Shown here: positions 29,075 through 38,654 of the stretch, piece by piece
Numbering within the stretch: the stretch's first letter is position 1
Layout: each line of letters begins with the position of its first letter
Virus record (IMG/VR): IMGVR_UViG_3300047335_000079
Location: 6,980-70,979 of that record
Reading direction: 5' to 3' (one strand)
Source: a virus
DNA: 64,000 bases
Translations under genes and position numbers: made by a program
The notes under the pieces: model-generated
Told to the model about the DNA's origin: nothing
Seen by the model: the letters and a program-made list of their open reading frames with translations, nothing else
The model's database searches: none

Positions 29075-29106
29075 TGTACTATGCTCCTGGGTTGGTTAGT
29101 GTGTCC

Positions 29107-29135
29107 ATGATATCACAGAACGAGGTGAGTGTCAA
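29107..29135 (-). promoter_or_regulatory. Promoter for the GATase, overlapping the amidoligase 2 stop codon
   Basis: TTGACA-17-TATCAT with TGTG extension. Confidence 0.7.
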
Positions 29136-31420
29136 GCGGGCCACCGCACGAACCGGGCGGTGCGTCGTTCAACTTCTTGCGCGTTCTCGTTCTCGTAGCC
29201 GTAGTGCGGTCCGCTGTGCCCGATGGGCAGGGAGCAAGTCCACCAGGGACTCCCAGGCCAAGTGCCCTGAGCGGTGCCATCCAGGATGGCGGACCCCACA
29301 CCTTGCGAGCATCGTGCCAGGCCTCGGTCGGCGTTGGGTCCTTCGTTGTAGCCGATTGGAAAATCGGGGGTGGGTTCAGGTTCAGGTTCAGTACTGGAAT
29401 CGTTGGGCCAGGTGCGCCAGCCAAGTTCGCCTCTTTCAAGTGCCACTTCGCGAGAGTCGAACATGTAGCCGTAGTGCGGCCCGGAGTGATAGGCAGGGAG
29501 CGAGCAGTGCCAAGCCTCAGGGCCGCTTCGGTCATTACAGAGGTTGGCTTCGGTTTGGCTTTCAAGTGGTAACTGCGGGGCGGGCGTGGTTTCAAGAACC
29601 TCACGCCCACACTCGTTACCGCTGCCGTAGTGCCCGATGTGCGGCACACTTGAATCGTGGCGCGCTCGGGTGCATATGTAGATCATGCGGTTTTGACTCA
29701 CGAAGTCCGCGCCGCACCGATTGGAGAGGTCCGGTTCAAATTGCTCGCTTGGGTTCGTTTGTTGCTCCTGCGCCCAGGTGTGAGCGGGTGTTGCGTCCGG
29801 GTCAGTGTGAGCGTGGTGGTCGCCGTCGTGGCCTCGGGTGCGGGTGCAGGCCCAGCGCCCATGGTCGCTCTCGCTGCACTGATTGGTGTGGCTGAAAGTT
29901 GAAATCGTGGGCGGTGTCGCCTGCGCCCAGGTGTGAAAGGGCGGTGCGTTCGGATTGGTGAGAGCCTGGTGGTCGCCTGGATGCCCTGGGATGCGGGTGC
30001 AGGTGAACCCACGGTCGCTCTCTCCGCATAGAGGGTCGTCAGTTGAGCCAGGCGGCGGCGTTGGCGGAGTTGGAACAGGTGCGGTCCGAACCTCGAAGGT
30101 ATACGCCCGTGACCAGGGCTGGGCGTTGCGCACAAAGCCTGCGTGTTGCAGGACTTGGTTTGCGTGGTACACCGCGTGTTCGTTGAGCCGATCGCCGGTT
30201 CGCACGACGCCACGGTCCGAGCGATGCTGGCCGTTGCAGTAGGAGGAGTACCAGCGATGCAGTGCGTGACGGTCAAACGTCCAGCAGTTGGGCCGCACGG
30301 TGCTGCTGTTGTTCACTATCCACAGTGCTACTTCACGATTGGTGGGTCCGTTGCCGTTTGCGTGCGATGCGCGATGCACGCGCTCGGGAATGAGTCGAGC
30401 GGTGAGCGGCTCGCCGTCTGCGCCTGGCATGACGGGGGCAACGCGGTTGGCGCGATTGCGCCGCCCGTAGGTGCGCGTCGGCCCGCCCCACCCTATGCCA
30501 TAGGGGGTCGAAGTTGGACTTTGTGCGATGCGCGGCCGTGCAGGTGCGTCCTCGGATTGGTCACGGCGCAGGTGCGTCGGGTAGCGGTTGGCAATCACCT
30601 TTTTCAAGTTGGAGAATTGCTCGCCGCGACTCTCGATGAAGGCTTGAAATTCTGCGAACGTGCGGGGTTGAACGGGCGCACCCGAATCGGTGAGCATCGT
30701 GCCATAGGCAATGATGGCATCGACGAACTCGATGTAGCCTCGAAGCCGGGTCCGATGCAAGGTCGAGGAGAACATACGGAACTCCAACGTCCCATGATGC
30801 TCGGAGATTGAGATCGCGTGGCCGTGGGAGGTGCGGATGGGTTGGTATTGGCCCCAGGTGCACTCCGCGCGTCCTGCGATGTTCTCGAATTCGGGTTTGT
30901 TGGGCGCATGGGCGATGAGAGAGGACATATGCTTTTCGATGCGCGAGAGGGGTTGGGGGCGGGGGTAGTAGCCGAAGCGGTCGGGCGTGAGTTCAGATGG
31001 GCTGATGGGTTCGGGCACGCCTGGGCGCGTCGTGTGGATGTGCGTCCCGCAACTTGAATGGGACGATGCGAAGCGGCGCAAGATTGGCGCGACTTCTGTG
31101 ACGTATCGCAGGGCTTCGTGACGGGGGAGCGGCGCGTGCACCATCTCGAACCCGGGCGCGCCCGTGGAAACGTCGGACTTGCAGATGAAGATCGGGTGCT
31201 CGGCGAAAGTTGAAAGAATGTCGCCAGCGGCGGATTCGACGCCACCGTGCGCCTGCAATTCAAGCTCGATGCCAAAGAGGCGCATGGTCGGGTCATACGG
31301 GTTGTTGACGCCGGGGCTTGCGTCCGTGAGCATTTCTAAGATGTTCTCGGAGTAGGCGCGCAGGGTTCGGTATCTCGTGAGCGGGCCCAGATCGGGCCGG
31401 ACCTCGTTTAAGTAGGGCAT
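29132..31420 (-). CDS. Putative amidoligase 2 with five C-terminal Cys/His repeats
   Basis: FGIELEL, CKSDVS, GFEMVHAP, CGTHIH and TLEFRMF motifs; repeats of the form C...CTR..GH.GDH or CSLP..HSGPH. Confidence 0.82.
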   Translation of the reverse strand: MPYLNEVRPDLGPLTRYRTLRAYSENILEMLTDASPGVNNPYDPTMRLFGIELELQAHGGVESAAGDILSTFAEHPIFICKSDVSTGAPGFEMVHAPLPRHEALRYVTEVAPILRRFASSHSSCGTHIHTTRPGVPEPISPSELTPDRFGYYPRPQPLSRIEKHMSSLIAHAPNKPEFENIAGRAECTWGQYQPIRTSHGHAISISEHHGTLEFRMFSSTLHRTRLRGYIEFVDAIIAYGTMLTDSGAPVQPRTFAEFQAFIESRGEQFSNLKKVIANRYPTHLRRDQSEDAPARPRIAQSPTSTPYGIGWGGPTRTYGRRNRANRVAPVMPGADGEPLTARLIPERVHRASHANGNGPTNREVALWIVNNSSTVRPNCWTFDRHALHRWYSSYCNGQHRSDRGVVRTGDRLNEHAVYHANQVLQHAGFVRNAQPWSRAYTFEVRTAPVPTPPTPPPGSTDDPLCGESDRGFTCTRIPGHPGDHQALTNPNAPPFHTWAQATPPTISTFSHTNQCSESDHGRWACTRTRGHDGDHHAHTDPDATPAHTWAQEQQTNPSEQFEPDLSNRCGADFVSQNRMIYICTRARHDSSVPHIGHYGSGNECGREVLETTPAPQLPLESQTEANLCNDRSGPEAWHCSLPAYHSGPHYGYMFDSREVALERGELGWRTWPNDSSTEPEPEPTPDFPIGYNEGPNADRGLARCSQGVGSAILDGTAQGTWPGSPWWTCSLPIGHSGPHYGYENENAQEVERRTARFVRWPA

Positions 31421-31456
31421 TGTACCTCGTACTTTGGAGATTTGTGGTGTTTTCCA

Positions 31457-31485
31457 AGTTTAGCGTACTTGGGTGGGGTTGTCAA
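31457..31485 (-). promoter_or_regulatory. Promoter for amidoligase 2
   Basis: TTGACA-17-TAAACT. Confidence 0.6.
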
Positions 31486-31493
31486 CCCTAGGT

Positions 31494-31865
31494 TCAGGTC
31501 ACGGACTTCAACTTCGGCGATTGCTCGTTCAGGAACTCCATGAGCTTCTGCTTTGCTTCACCGGCACCCGCACTATCGCGTACGAACTCGTCGTCGAACC
31601 CAAAGCCACCGTTGGCGGCGCGATGACGCAGCGCCGCCAGCGTCGTTTCTTCAGGCTCCCATTGACCTTCGAGCCCGAAGCACGAGCAGTGGCTGCCGTT
31701 GACTTCGTACAGTTGCTCGCCGATTCTATAGAGCACGAACGAGTTACCGCAGTACGAGCCGTAGCCGTACCATGCGATGAGAATTTCGACATCATCGGCG
31801 AGCTTGACGCCGTACTCTTGTTCGATCGACGCGCGGCTGGAGAATTCTTCGAGATAGCAACTCAT
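31494..31865 (-). CDS. Conserved phage hypothetical protein
   Basis: ILIAWYGYGSYCG...LYEVNGSHCSCFGLEGQWEPEET. Confidence 0.75.
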   Translation of the reverse strand: MSCYLEEFSSRASIEQEYGVKLADDVEILIAWYGYGSYCGNSFVLYRIGEQLYEVNGSHCSCFGLEGQWEPEETTLAALRHRAANGGFGFDDEFVRDSAGAGEAKQKLMEFLNEQSPKLKSVT

Positions 31866-31982
31866 GGTTTAACCTCTTCAACCTCGTTGAGGTAGTACCG
31901 CTGTGCGCGGTTGAACAGTTCGTCGAAGTCGAGTGTGTAACACAATATGTTACTGCACGCTTGCCTTGCCCTCCAGGCAACT

Positions 31983-32379
31983 CTACACCATTTTTAAATC
32001 CTTACACCATTTTCGGGCGTTTTTAAGATGGTGTAAGAAGATTGTGTAGGAACCGAAAACCGCGTGGTTACGCGGTTTTTTGAGCAAGGCAAGCGTGGTT
32101 TCTACACTATTACACCATTTCTAGAGTAGGTGCGGCGTTTTGCATAGGTAGGGGCTCTAATGTAACGTTAATGAGTGATTTCCTCGCGTTATGCGATCAC
32201 CCTTATATAATAGTGTAATAGTGTAGGAAACACCTATCTATCTATCTATATATAGGGACTTTCACCCATTTTCCCTCGTGAAACACGGTTGCTCTGCCCA
32301 CCGGACCAAGCCTTACACAATGTTTTAAAATCGTGTAGGAACAGCCCCAGATGGTGCAAGAGCCCGTCAGATCGTGTAA
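31983..32379. repeat. Iteron cluster (YTACACNAT, 11 copies plus 1 degenerate), putative replication origin
   Basis: Direct copies at 31983, 32002, 32102, 32110, 32313; inverted copies at 32028, 32041, 32210, 32218, 32330, 32371 (32351 degenerate); AT-rich, no convincing ORF. Confidence 0.8.
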
Positions 32380-33889
32380 GAACTCTGCGTTGCAAAGTTC
32401 AACGTGCAAAGCACAAAGTACCCATGCACAAAGAGCCTCGCAAGCGCGTCCAAGGTACCAGAACACCCTGGCCCACCCTATCGCCCGTCTGGAGACAATC
32501 TAGACCACTTTACGGCCTATTCGGGACAATGGGTGCTACGAACCGTGCGGGATTAGTAACCGCCGACCGGACGAAGTTGCATCGCCCCCGGTTCGTAGCA
32601 CACCTATTTCGCTTATTCTGGGCAATCGCGTTGTGCCTTGCGTTTGGACTCCGCGTGCAAAGCACAAAGATATTGTGACCCACCCGTGGGGAGATCGACC
32701 TCCGTGATTGCGCGGTTAGGACAGTCGAACTCATAGCACGGATGCCGCTTGGCCTCCGCCACCCGTGCAAAGAGGCGCTGCTCGAAGGTCCGATAATCAA
32801 CGGGCTTGGAATTGGGCCTTCGCCCCGCGCGCGCCCTACCCAACTTGAATCAACTTTGGGCGACGCACAACGTAGCAAGGTGCCACGTCGAAAGTTAAAA
32901 GTTTGCGGCGTTCTTCGCGCGTCATTTCAGACACTCCGCACACCCATGCGGGGCGATGCGGGGCTTCCCTGGGCAAGCGGAGCACTCACCCATCGAAAGC
33001 TGGAAATAGAACGCAGCGACCGCAGTAGCGGTGCGCGCCATTTCAAGTTTTCGCTCGGCCTGGACTTCGGCCTCGAAGGCCGCAAGGTAGGCCTCGCGCG
33101 CTTGTGTTTTGGTCATACACCCTCCCAAGGGGGTAGGTCGGTCGCGTCGTTGAGCGCGACGAGATCAGCGTTGAGCGACTTTAAACGGATGCCGAATAGG
33201 GCGAACCCTATGGCGATCGCGCGTAAAACTTGAATTAAGGGTCGGTCGATCATGGATTACCCCATTCGCGCACGACAACGCCCCCGAAAAGGCGTGCGTA
33301 ACGCTCGGCGTCCGAGCGAGAGTTAAATCTCCGTGCTTTGTACTTTGCACCTAGCACGCGGTAGCTGCCGGGTGCCACCTAGGGCTCCGAGAGGGCGAGG
33401 ATGTGCTCCGCCTCGGTGATCGCGCGTTCGAGGTGCGCTGCAACCTTGTCCCCGTAGGGGAGTGATTGCATGGCGTTGGCGATGCGGCACAGCGTGTGGA
33501 TATCGTGCCCGAGAATTTGTCGCTGGGCCTCGGGTATTTCAAGCCCGGTCGGCGTTGCGAGAACGTCGCAGAGGCGGCACATCTAGGCGGTCTCCTCAAG
33601 AAAGTAGGCGACCAGGCGCGTCCAATACGCGATCGCAAAGGCCTCGTCGTAGGTGCGCGTGTACCCGCGTTTCCGCAGGTCGGCTAGGAATTCGTCGCGC
33701 GTTTGGCCCATCCCGAAGGCGGCGCACGCGCGTTTGGCGATTACACTTTTTGCCGTGCTTTGATTCATTATCGCAGGGCCTCCAACTCGTTCGAGAGCTT
33801 CGCTGCGGAGATCAAGTCCCCGCGTTCGAGAGCGGCGCAGATCAGGGCGCGGAGATCACGCGCACGGATGCGGATTGCTTGCCGGTCCA

Positions 33890-34171
33890 CTAGCGCATCC
33901 CCTCGGCGATCTTGAAACGTTTGGCATCGCCGTTACGGCGCGCAAAATTGTGAGACGCGTTCGCGACATTGGCGGCTTGGGCAAGGCTATGGCAGGTTGC
34001 GATTCTCTTCCAGCGACCAAGTTCATTGTCAACGCAAACGATCAGATTTCGCTTGCGGTTGATGAGGCCTCGCGGGCCACGCTCGGTGCGGTCGAGGATG
34101 GGGTACACGCTGTCCTGGCCCGTGATTTCAAGTTCCAGGACGTGGTACACGCGTTGCTTTGCTTTTGGCAT
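33890..34171 (-). CDS. Early hypothetical protein
   Basis: GGAG RBS; 93 aa. Confidence 0.6.
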   Translation of the reverse strand: MPKAKQRVYHVLELEITGQDSVYPILDRTERGPRGLINRKRNLIVCVDNELGRWKRIATCHSLAQAANVANASHNFARRNGDAKRFKIAEGMR

Positions 34172-34203
34172 GATCGACTCCGTTTCTGTGCCGAGTGAAG
34201 TTT

Positions 34204-34431
34204 TTAGGCGTCCAATCCCAGAACGTTTGAAGTGTCGAATTTTGCGTCCAGGGTGTTCGACCGCACGACCGCATAAACGTTGAACGTTCCTGCATTTTTC
34301 GTCATGGTAGCCGCGAAGCGTTCGGCCTGTTTTTTCGTGTTGAACGTTGCCGAAACGGAGTAGCCAGCATTGCCTCCGCCGTTTAGCGTCCAGGTGACGG
34401 AATCAAAGGAGGTAACAGCATACTTTTTCAT
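34204..34431 (-). CDS. First leftward early gene, hypothetical
   Basis: GGAG RBS; FNTKKQAERFA. Confidence 0.65.
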   Translation of the reverse strand: MKKYAVTSFDSVTWTLNGGGNAGYSVSATFNTKKQAERFAATMTKNAGTFNVYAVVRSNTLDAKFDTSNVLGLDA

Positions 34432-34459
34432 AGATCAACTCCGTTTCTTTGTGCTATGT

Positions 34460-34897
34460 ACGAAGCACGGGGGCCTTGCGACCCCCCGTGCTCGGTTAAA
34501 GTGTAACGATCATTTGTCTTCCCTACTGCACCCTGACCCCTCGTCCGCGTTATCCCCGCTTGCAGGCGACCGCATTGTAAGAGCGTACCTGCGCCGATTC
34601 GGTTGGTGCTTGGCTTCGGTTGCTAACCTTCGCATCGTGCGTTGGCGAGTCCCTTATCCCTGTCGAGGCACCTGTCGGTGTTCCCCCCTGCGTTAAGGCG
34701 TCAGCCCGTTGCAGTTCCTGACCGTCCCCCCTCCCCACAGATCGTGGGCTCTCTCAGGTCGGTCCATGAAGTGGCACCTTGCGTTTGCGACTGCTTCGCC
34801 CCGCCCGCTACTGTCCACCGCACGAGAAAACTTCAGACTTAGATCGTTGACTGTCGTCCTGGTCTTGCTGAACCGTTCGTTCAGTGACCGTTTCCAT
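34460..34897 (-). ncRNA. Candidate large structured RNA or leader of the early operon
   Basis: No convincing long ORF; nested stems (ACTGCA/TGCAGT, CTGAC/GTCAG, GACCG/CGGTC, CCCAC/GTGGG, CTGAAC/GTTCAG) and a terminal GCAA-tetraloop hairpin. Confidence 0.55.
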
Positions 34898-35010
34898 GTC
34901 CTTAGTATGACAGGTCCAGATTCGACTTTCCATTAAAAAGAGAGGGTCTATACCCCTTTTTGAGGCGGCCGGCTCTCCACTCCGCACCCTTAGAGAATTT
35001 TCAAAAAGGG

Positions 35011-35024
35011 TTGTGATATCACAA
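35011..35024. promoter_or_regulatory. Perfect 14 bp palindrome between the divergent arms
   Basis: TTGTGATATCACAA. Confidence 0.6.
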
Positions 35025-36299
35025 GAAAAATTGGCCTAAATCCCATTGCCAAAAATCAAAAAGGGTGGTACAATGGGTCCCATGAGCTTACCGACCAAAG
35101 CCGAAGTGCTCGCCTACTACGATGGCCAGCCGCACAAACACAAAACAAGTAAGGGCTTTGAGAGGGGGTCAGTCGCTCGCGCGGTCTATATCGACTGGTT
35201 TGTCAACCAAATCCCCGATGGCTTCACCTCACCGCGCGGCCATGCGCGCACGAGCCGCCAAGATAAGCGCTTTGCGGCCCTTTACACCCTCGAAAGGGCC
35301 CTCTACGACCGCGCACGAGGCAAAATCTAGTGGTAAACCTTGATCTCATCGAGCAAATGGTCAAAAAGGGCGCGAAAGTCGTGCTTTTTTACCCCGAGAA
35401 CCGCCACGACGGTGCTCTGGAGCCCTATTTGTCGTATTCTGCGGTCATTTTGGGGCCCCACTCGACCGATACCACCCAACTTTCGACCACAGCCAAGATC
35501 GCCGAGGCTGCTTTTAAGGGCCAACGCGACCTCGCTCGCGCCCAGCGGGAGTCCTCAATTAACCGCCTCGGTCAACTCGTCACCCAGGAGATTTACGGTG
35601 TCACTCACAACTAGCGAGCGCAAAGAAAAACGCAAACTCCTCGCCGAGTCCCTCGATGACCTTCTCAACTCCATCGAGCAAGAGGGCAAAAAAGGCTTCA
35701 TTGCGCCCACCACGACCGCGCTCATCGGCATTGGGGCCGAGACTGCGATTCTCGAACTTCTCTACCACCAAAACGAGCGCATCATTGAGTTGCTTGAAAA
35801 AATCTCCGAGCAAGGCGGGTTGAGTAGCTAATGGAATTTGGTCTCTACTTTCACCTCTTTGTCGCGCTACTCGCATTTGGCGTCAACCTCACAGTCGCCA
35901 TTCGGAACTATGAGTATCCCGCGCGGTTCTGGGCCTGCTTTTTCTTTGCGGCTTTTTCGGCTACCTACGCAGTGGGCATTACTTTGCACCTTGTACGTGA
36001 GGTCGTGTTTCACTAATGCCCTTTAGTCTCGACGAATTCTCCCTTGACGAGCACCAACTCAAAGTTCTCGGAGACCTCAACTTGCGCCCCGGACAGCGCG
36101 ATACCCTCAAGCGCGCAGGGGCCCTGTTCACCGAAGCCATTTCGTACTTCCACCAACTCGGGGACGCCGCAGTTGGGGACGAAAAAACCAAACTTCTCTA
36201 CAACCGCAACAACGCCTACGAGCGCGCTCGGCTGTGCTTCCAACTCGCGGGGGAGCCGGAGCTTGACGAAGGGCTCGCGGCTTTCTGGAGGGCGTTGGA

Positions 36300-37430
36300 G
36301 TGAAAGTAATCGACCTTTTCGCAGGTATGGGCGGCTGGGACCTAGCCGCGCGTGAACTCGGGTTACGACCCCACTCCATCGAGTGGGACCCCATTATCAC
36401 CGCGACCAATAACGCCGCTGGCGGCGACTGCATAACCGCTGACGTATCGAGTGTTCCCCTTGAAGGGCTGAAGTGTGATCTGCTCATCGCAAGCCCACCG
36501 TGTCAGTCATTCTCTATGGCAGGCAAGCGCGCGGGACTCTCGGACCCACGGGGCCAACTCGTGTGGGAGCCGCTGCGGTGGATTAAAGCGCTTCGCCCCG
36601 ACTATGTAGCACTCGAACAGGTACCACCCGTGCTCCCCATTTGGCGCGAATATGGGGCTATTCTGCAAGAGCTAGGCTATTGCAGTTGGGCGGGCATCTT
36701 GCAGGCGGAAGCCTATGGCGTCCCCCAAACACGCAAGCGCGCTATTTTCATGGCACGCCGTGATAAAAACGGCGTGTTTCCACCTGCCCCTACGCACTCT
36801 AAATACTACTCCCACAACCCGACTAAACTCGATGAGGGCGTCTTACCTTGGATTAGTATGGCCGAGGCTCTGGGGTGGGTGGGAGCCGAGCACCCCGCAC
36901 CAACACTTGCGCTCTCCGGCTCCACATCACCCATTGGTGGCTCGGGCAGTCGCGCGGCATGGGAGGTGCGGACTCGTGGGGCGAGTGAGCGGCCCAACGA
37001 TATCTTCTCTGCTGACGCCCCCGCGCGCACGGTCACGCACTCGGTGGACTATTGGGAGACTCGCCCTGCATCCACTATCGTAACGACGCGGCGCTCAAAA
37101 GACGGCATCATCGTGGGGCGTCAACTTCCCGAGGGTGAGCAGTCCAACCCCGAGCGTGGGTGGACCGCACGTCGGCCAAGCACCACGATTGTAGGCTCGT
37201 TCTCACCCGATATCGTCGCGCCACCCACCTACCGCAAGGCAGGCGATGGCCCGCGCCAGAATCAAAAGGGTGGTGTGAAGATCACACTTCAACAGGCACT
37301 AATCTTGCAGGGCTTCCCACCCGACTACCCCGTGATGGGCAAAAAGACCAAGCAGTTCTTGCAAGTCGGCAACGCTATCCCACCACCCTTGGCTTTGGCC
37401 ATTCTCAAGGCACTGATAGTGAAAAAATGA
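36300..37430 (+). CDS. C5-cytosine DNA methyltransferase
   Basis: DLFAGMGG, SPPCQSFS, LEQV, YGVPQTRKR and QVGNAIPP motifs. Confidence 0.93.
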   Translation: MKVIDLFAGMGGWDLAARELGLRPHSIEWDPIITATNNAAGGDCITADVSSVPLEGLKCDLLIASPPCQSFSMAGKRAGLSDPRGQLVWEPLRWIKALRPDYVALEQVPPVLPIWREYGAILQELGYCSWAGILQAEAYGVPQTRKRAIFMARRDKNGVFPPAPTHSKYYSHNPTKLDEGVLPWISMAEALGWVGAEHPAPTLALSGSTSPIGGSGSRAAWEVRTRGASERPNDIFSADAPARTVTHSVDYWETRPASTIVTTRRSKDGIIVGRQLPEGEQSNPERGWTARRPSTTIVGSFSPDIVAPPTYRKAGDGPRQNQKGGVKITLQQALILQGFPPDYPVMGKKTKQFLQVGNAIPPPLALAILKALIVKK

Positions 37431-37853
37431 GCCTCTTTGCCGAAACAACCAACGACCCACTCGTGCGCACACGCGAGGAGTTGGCCTGGGCCAACGAACG
37501 CTATATTGCGTACAAAGTACATACGGAACAGTACATCAAAGAGCTGCGCGCGGAGTTGGCTGAACTCTCTCTGAAAACCTTTGAACTCCAAGCCGAAGTC
37601 GAACGCCACCGCGAAACGCTGGGCATTGTGAGGGGCTCGTAATGGGCATCGCACTAGGAGTCATCGCCACTTTGCTCGTAGTCGCTGGCCTGTGGCTCAT
37701 CTTCCGCGCCATCGTAGTGTGGCTGTTTCGGATTGAGTAGATGACTCTCGACCCCGTAACGCTCATCTTCATTGGTGGCGGATGTGTTATCCTTGGATGG
37801 CTTATCGCTTGTGCGTTGAACTGGGCTATTGACCGCATCTTTGAGGAGAACTA

Positions 37854-38654
37854 ATGCCGCCTGCCCCACGTAAGCCCTTTGTCGAACGCTACCGCGCTAC
37901 CCCCAAATACGGTCTGCGCCCCGGACCCGACCCCATGCGCGAGCATTATCCAAAGTTCAAAGCTTCCAATGTGACCAAGGTCAAGACCTTCTTCACGCCT
38001 AGCGTGAGCTACGACTACCTCTTTGGTCCGGTCTTTGACCAAGGCCAAGAGGGCTCGTGTGTGTCCAATGGGTCCGCCGCGCTGATGCTCGCCTATCGCT
38101 CCAAGCGCCAGCACGAAATCCTCATGCCGTCGCGCCGAGCGATCTACACCCAGGCCCTTCTCAACAACGACGAGCCTCTCGAAGATAGTGGCCTCAATGT
38201 GTCCGATGGGCTCACGGTGTGCGAAGCGGGCTATATCCCCGAAGCCCTTTGGCCGTATACGGGCATTGGGACGCCGACTTTCTTTGACACCCCACCCGCG
38301 AGCCTGTGGCGTAGCGACTTCCATTTGACCAACTATGCCACCGTTGCACCTGACGTTCTCTCGATGCAACGGGCGCTCGTCGCGCATGGCCCAATCATCA
38401 TCGGCATCGCCTTTGCCAATGAGTGGATGAACACGGGCGAGGACGGCATCCTCATTGGTGACCCGACGCAGTTGACCGTCGATGGCGGGCATTGCATGGT
38501 CATCACCGGATATAAGTCAATCGGCGGTGTCGTGCACTTTCGGGTGCGTAACTCCTGGGGCGCGGCCTGGGCCGACAACGGGTACTGCTGGCTCCCCGCA
38601 ACCCTTGCTGGGTCGCAGTTCTGGCCTACGGACTTGTTCGTTGTTCAAGCCTGA
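37854..38654 (+). CDS. Papain-family (C1) cysteine peptidase
   Basis: DQGQEGSC (Gln/Cys), GGHCMVITGY (His), RNSWG...W...GY (Asn). Confidence 0.9.
   Translation: MPPAPRKPFVERYRATPKYGLRPGPDPMREHYPKFKASNVTKVKTFFTPSVSYDYLFGPVFDQGQEGSCVSNGSAALMLAYRSKRQHEILMPSRRAIYTQALLNNDEPLEDSGLNVSDGLTVCEAGYIPEALWPYTGIGTPTFFDTPPASLWRSDFHLTNYATVAPDVLSMQRALVAHGPIIIGIAFANEWMNTGEDGILIGDPTQLTVDGGHCMVITGYKSIGGVVHFRVRNSWGAAWADNGYCWLPATLAGSQFWPTDLFVVQA

Noticed and set aside
31983-32379. CRISPR or mini-array interpretation of the repeats
   Set aside because: Repeats are 9 nt, in both orientations and irregularly spaced; no cas genes
34770-34800. RNase P-like AAGGTGCCAC segment
   Set aside because: No GAGGAAAGUCC or 3' P4 consensus nearby
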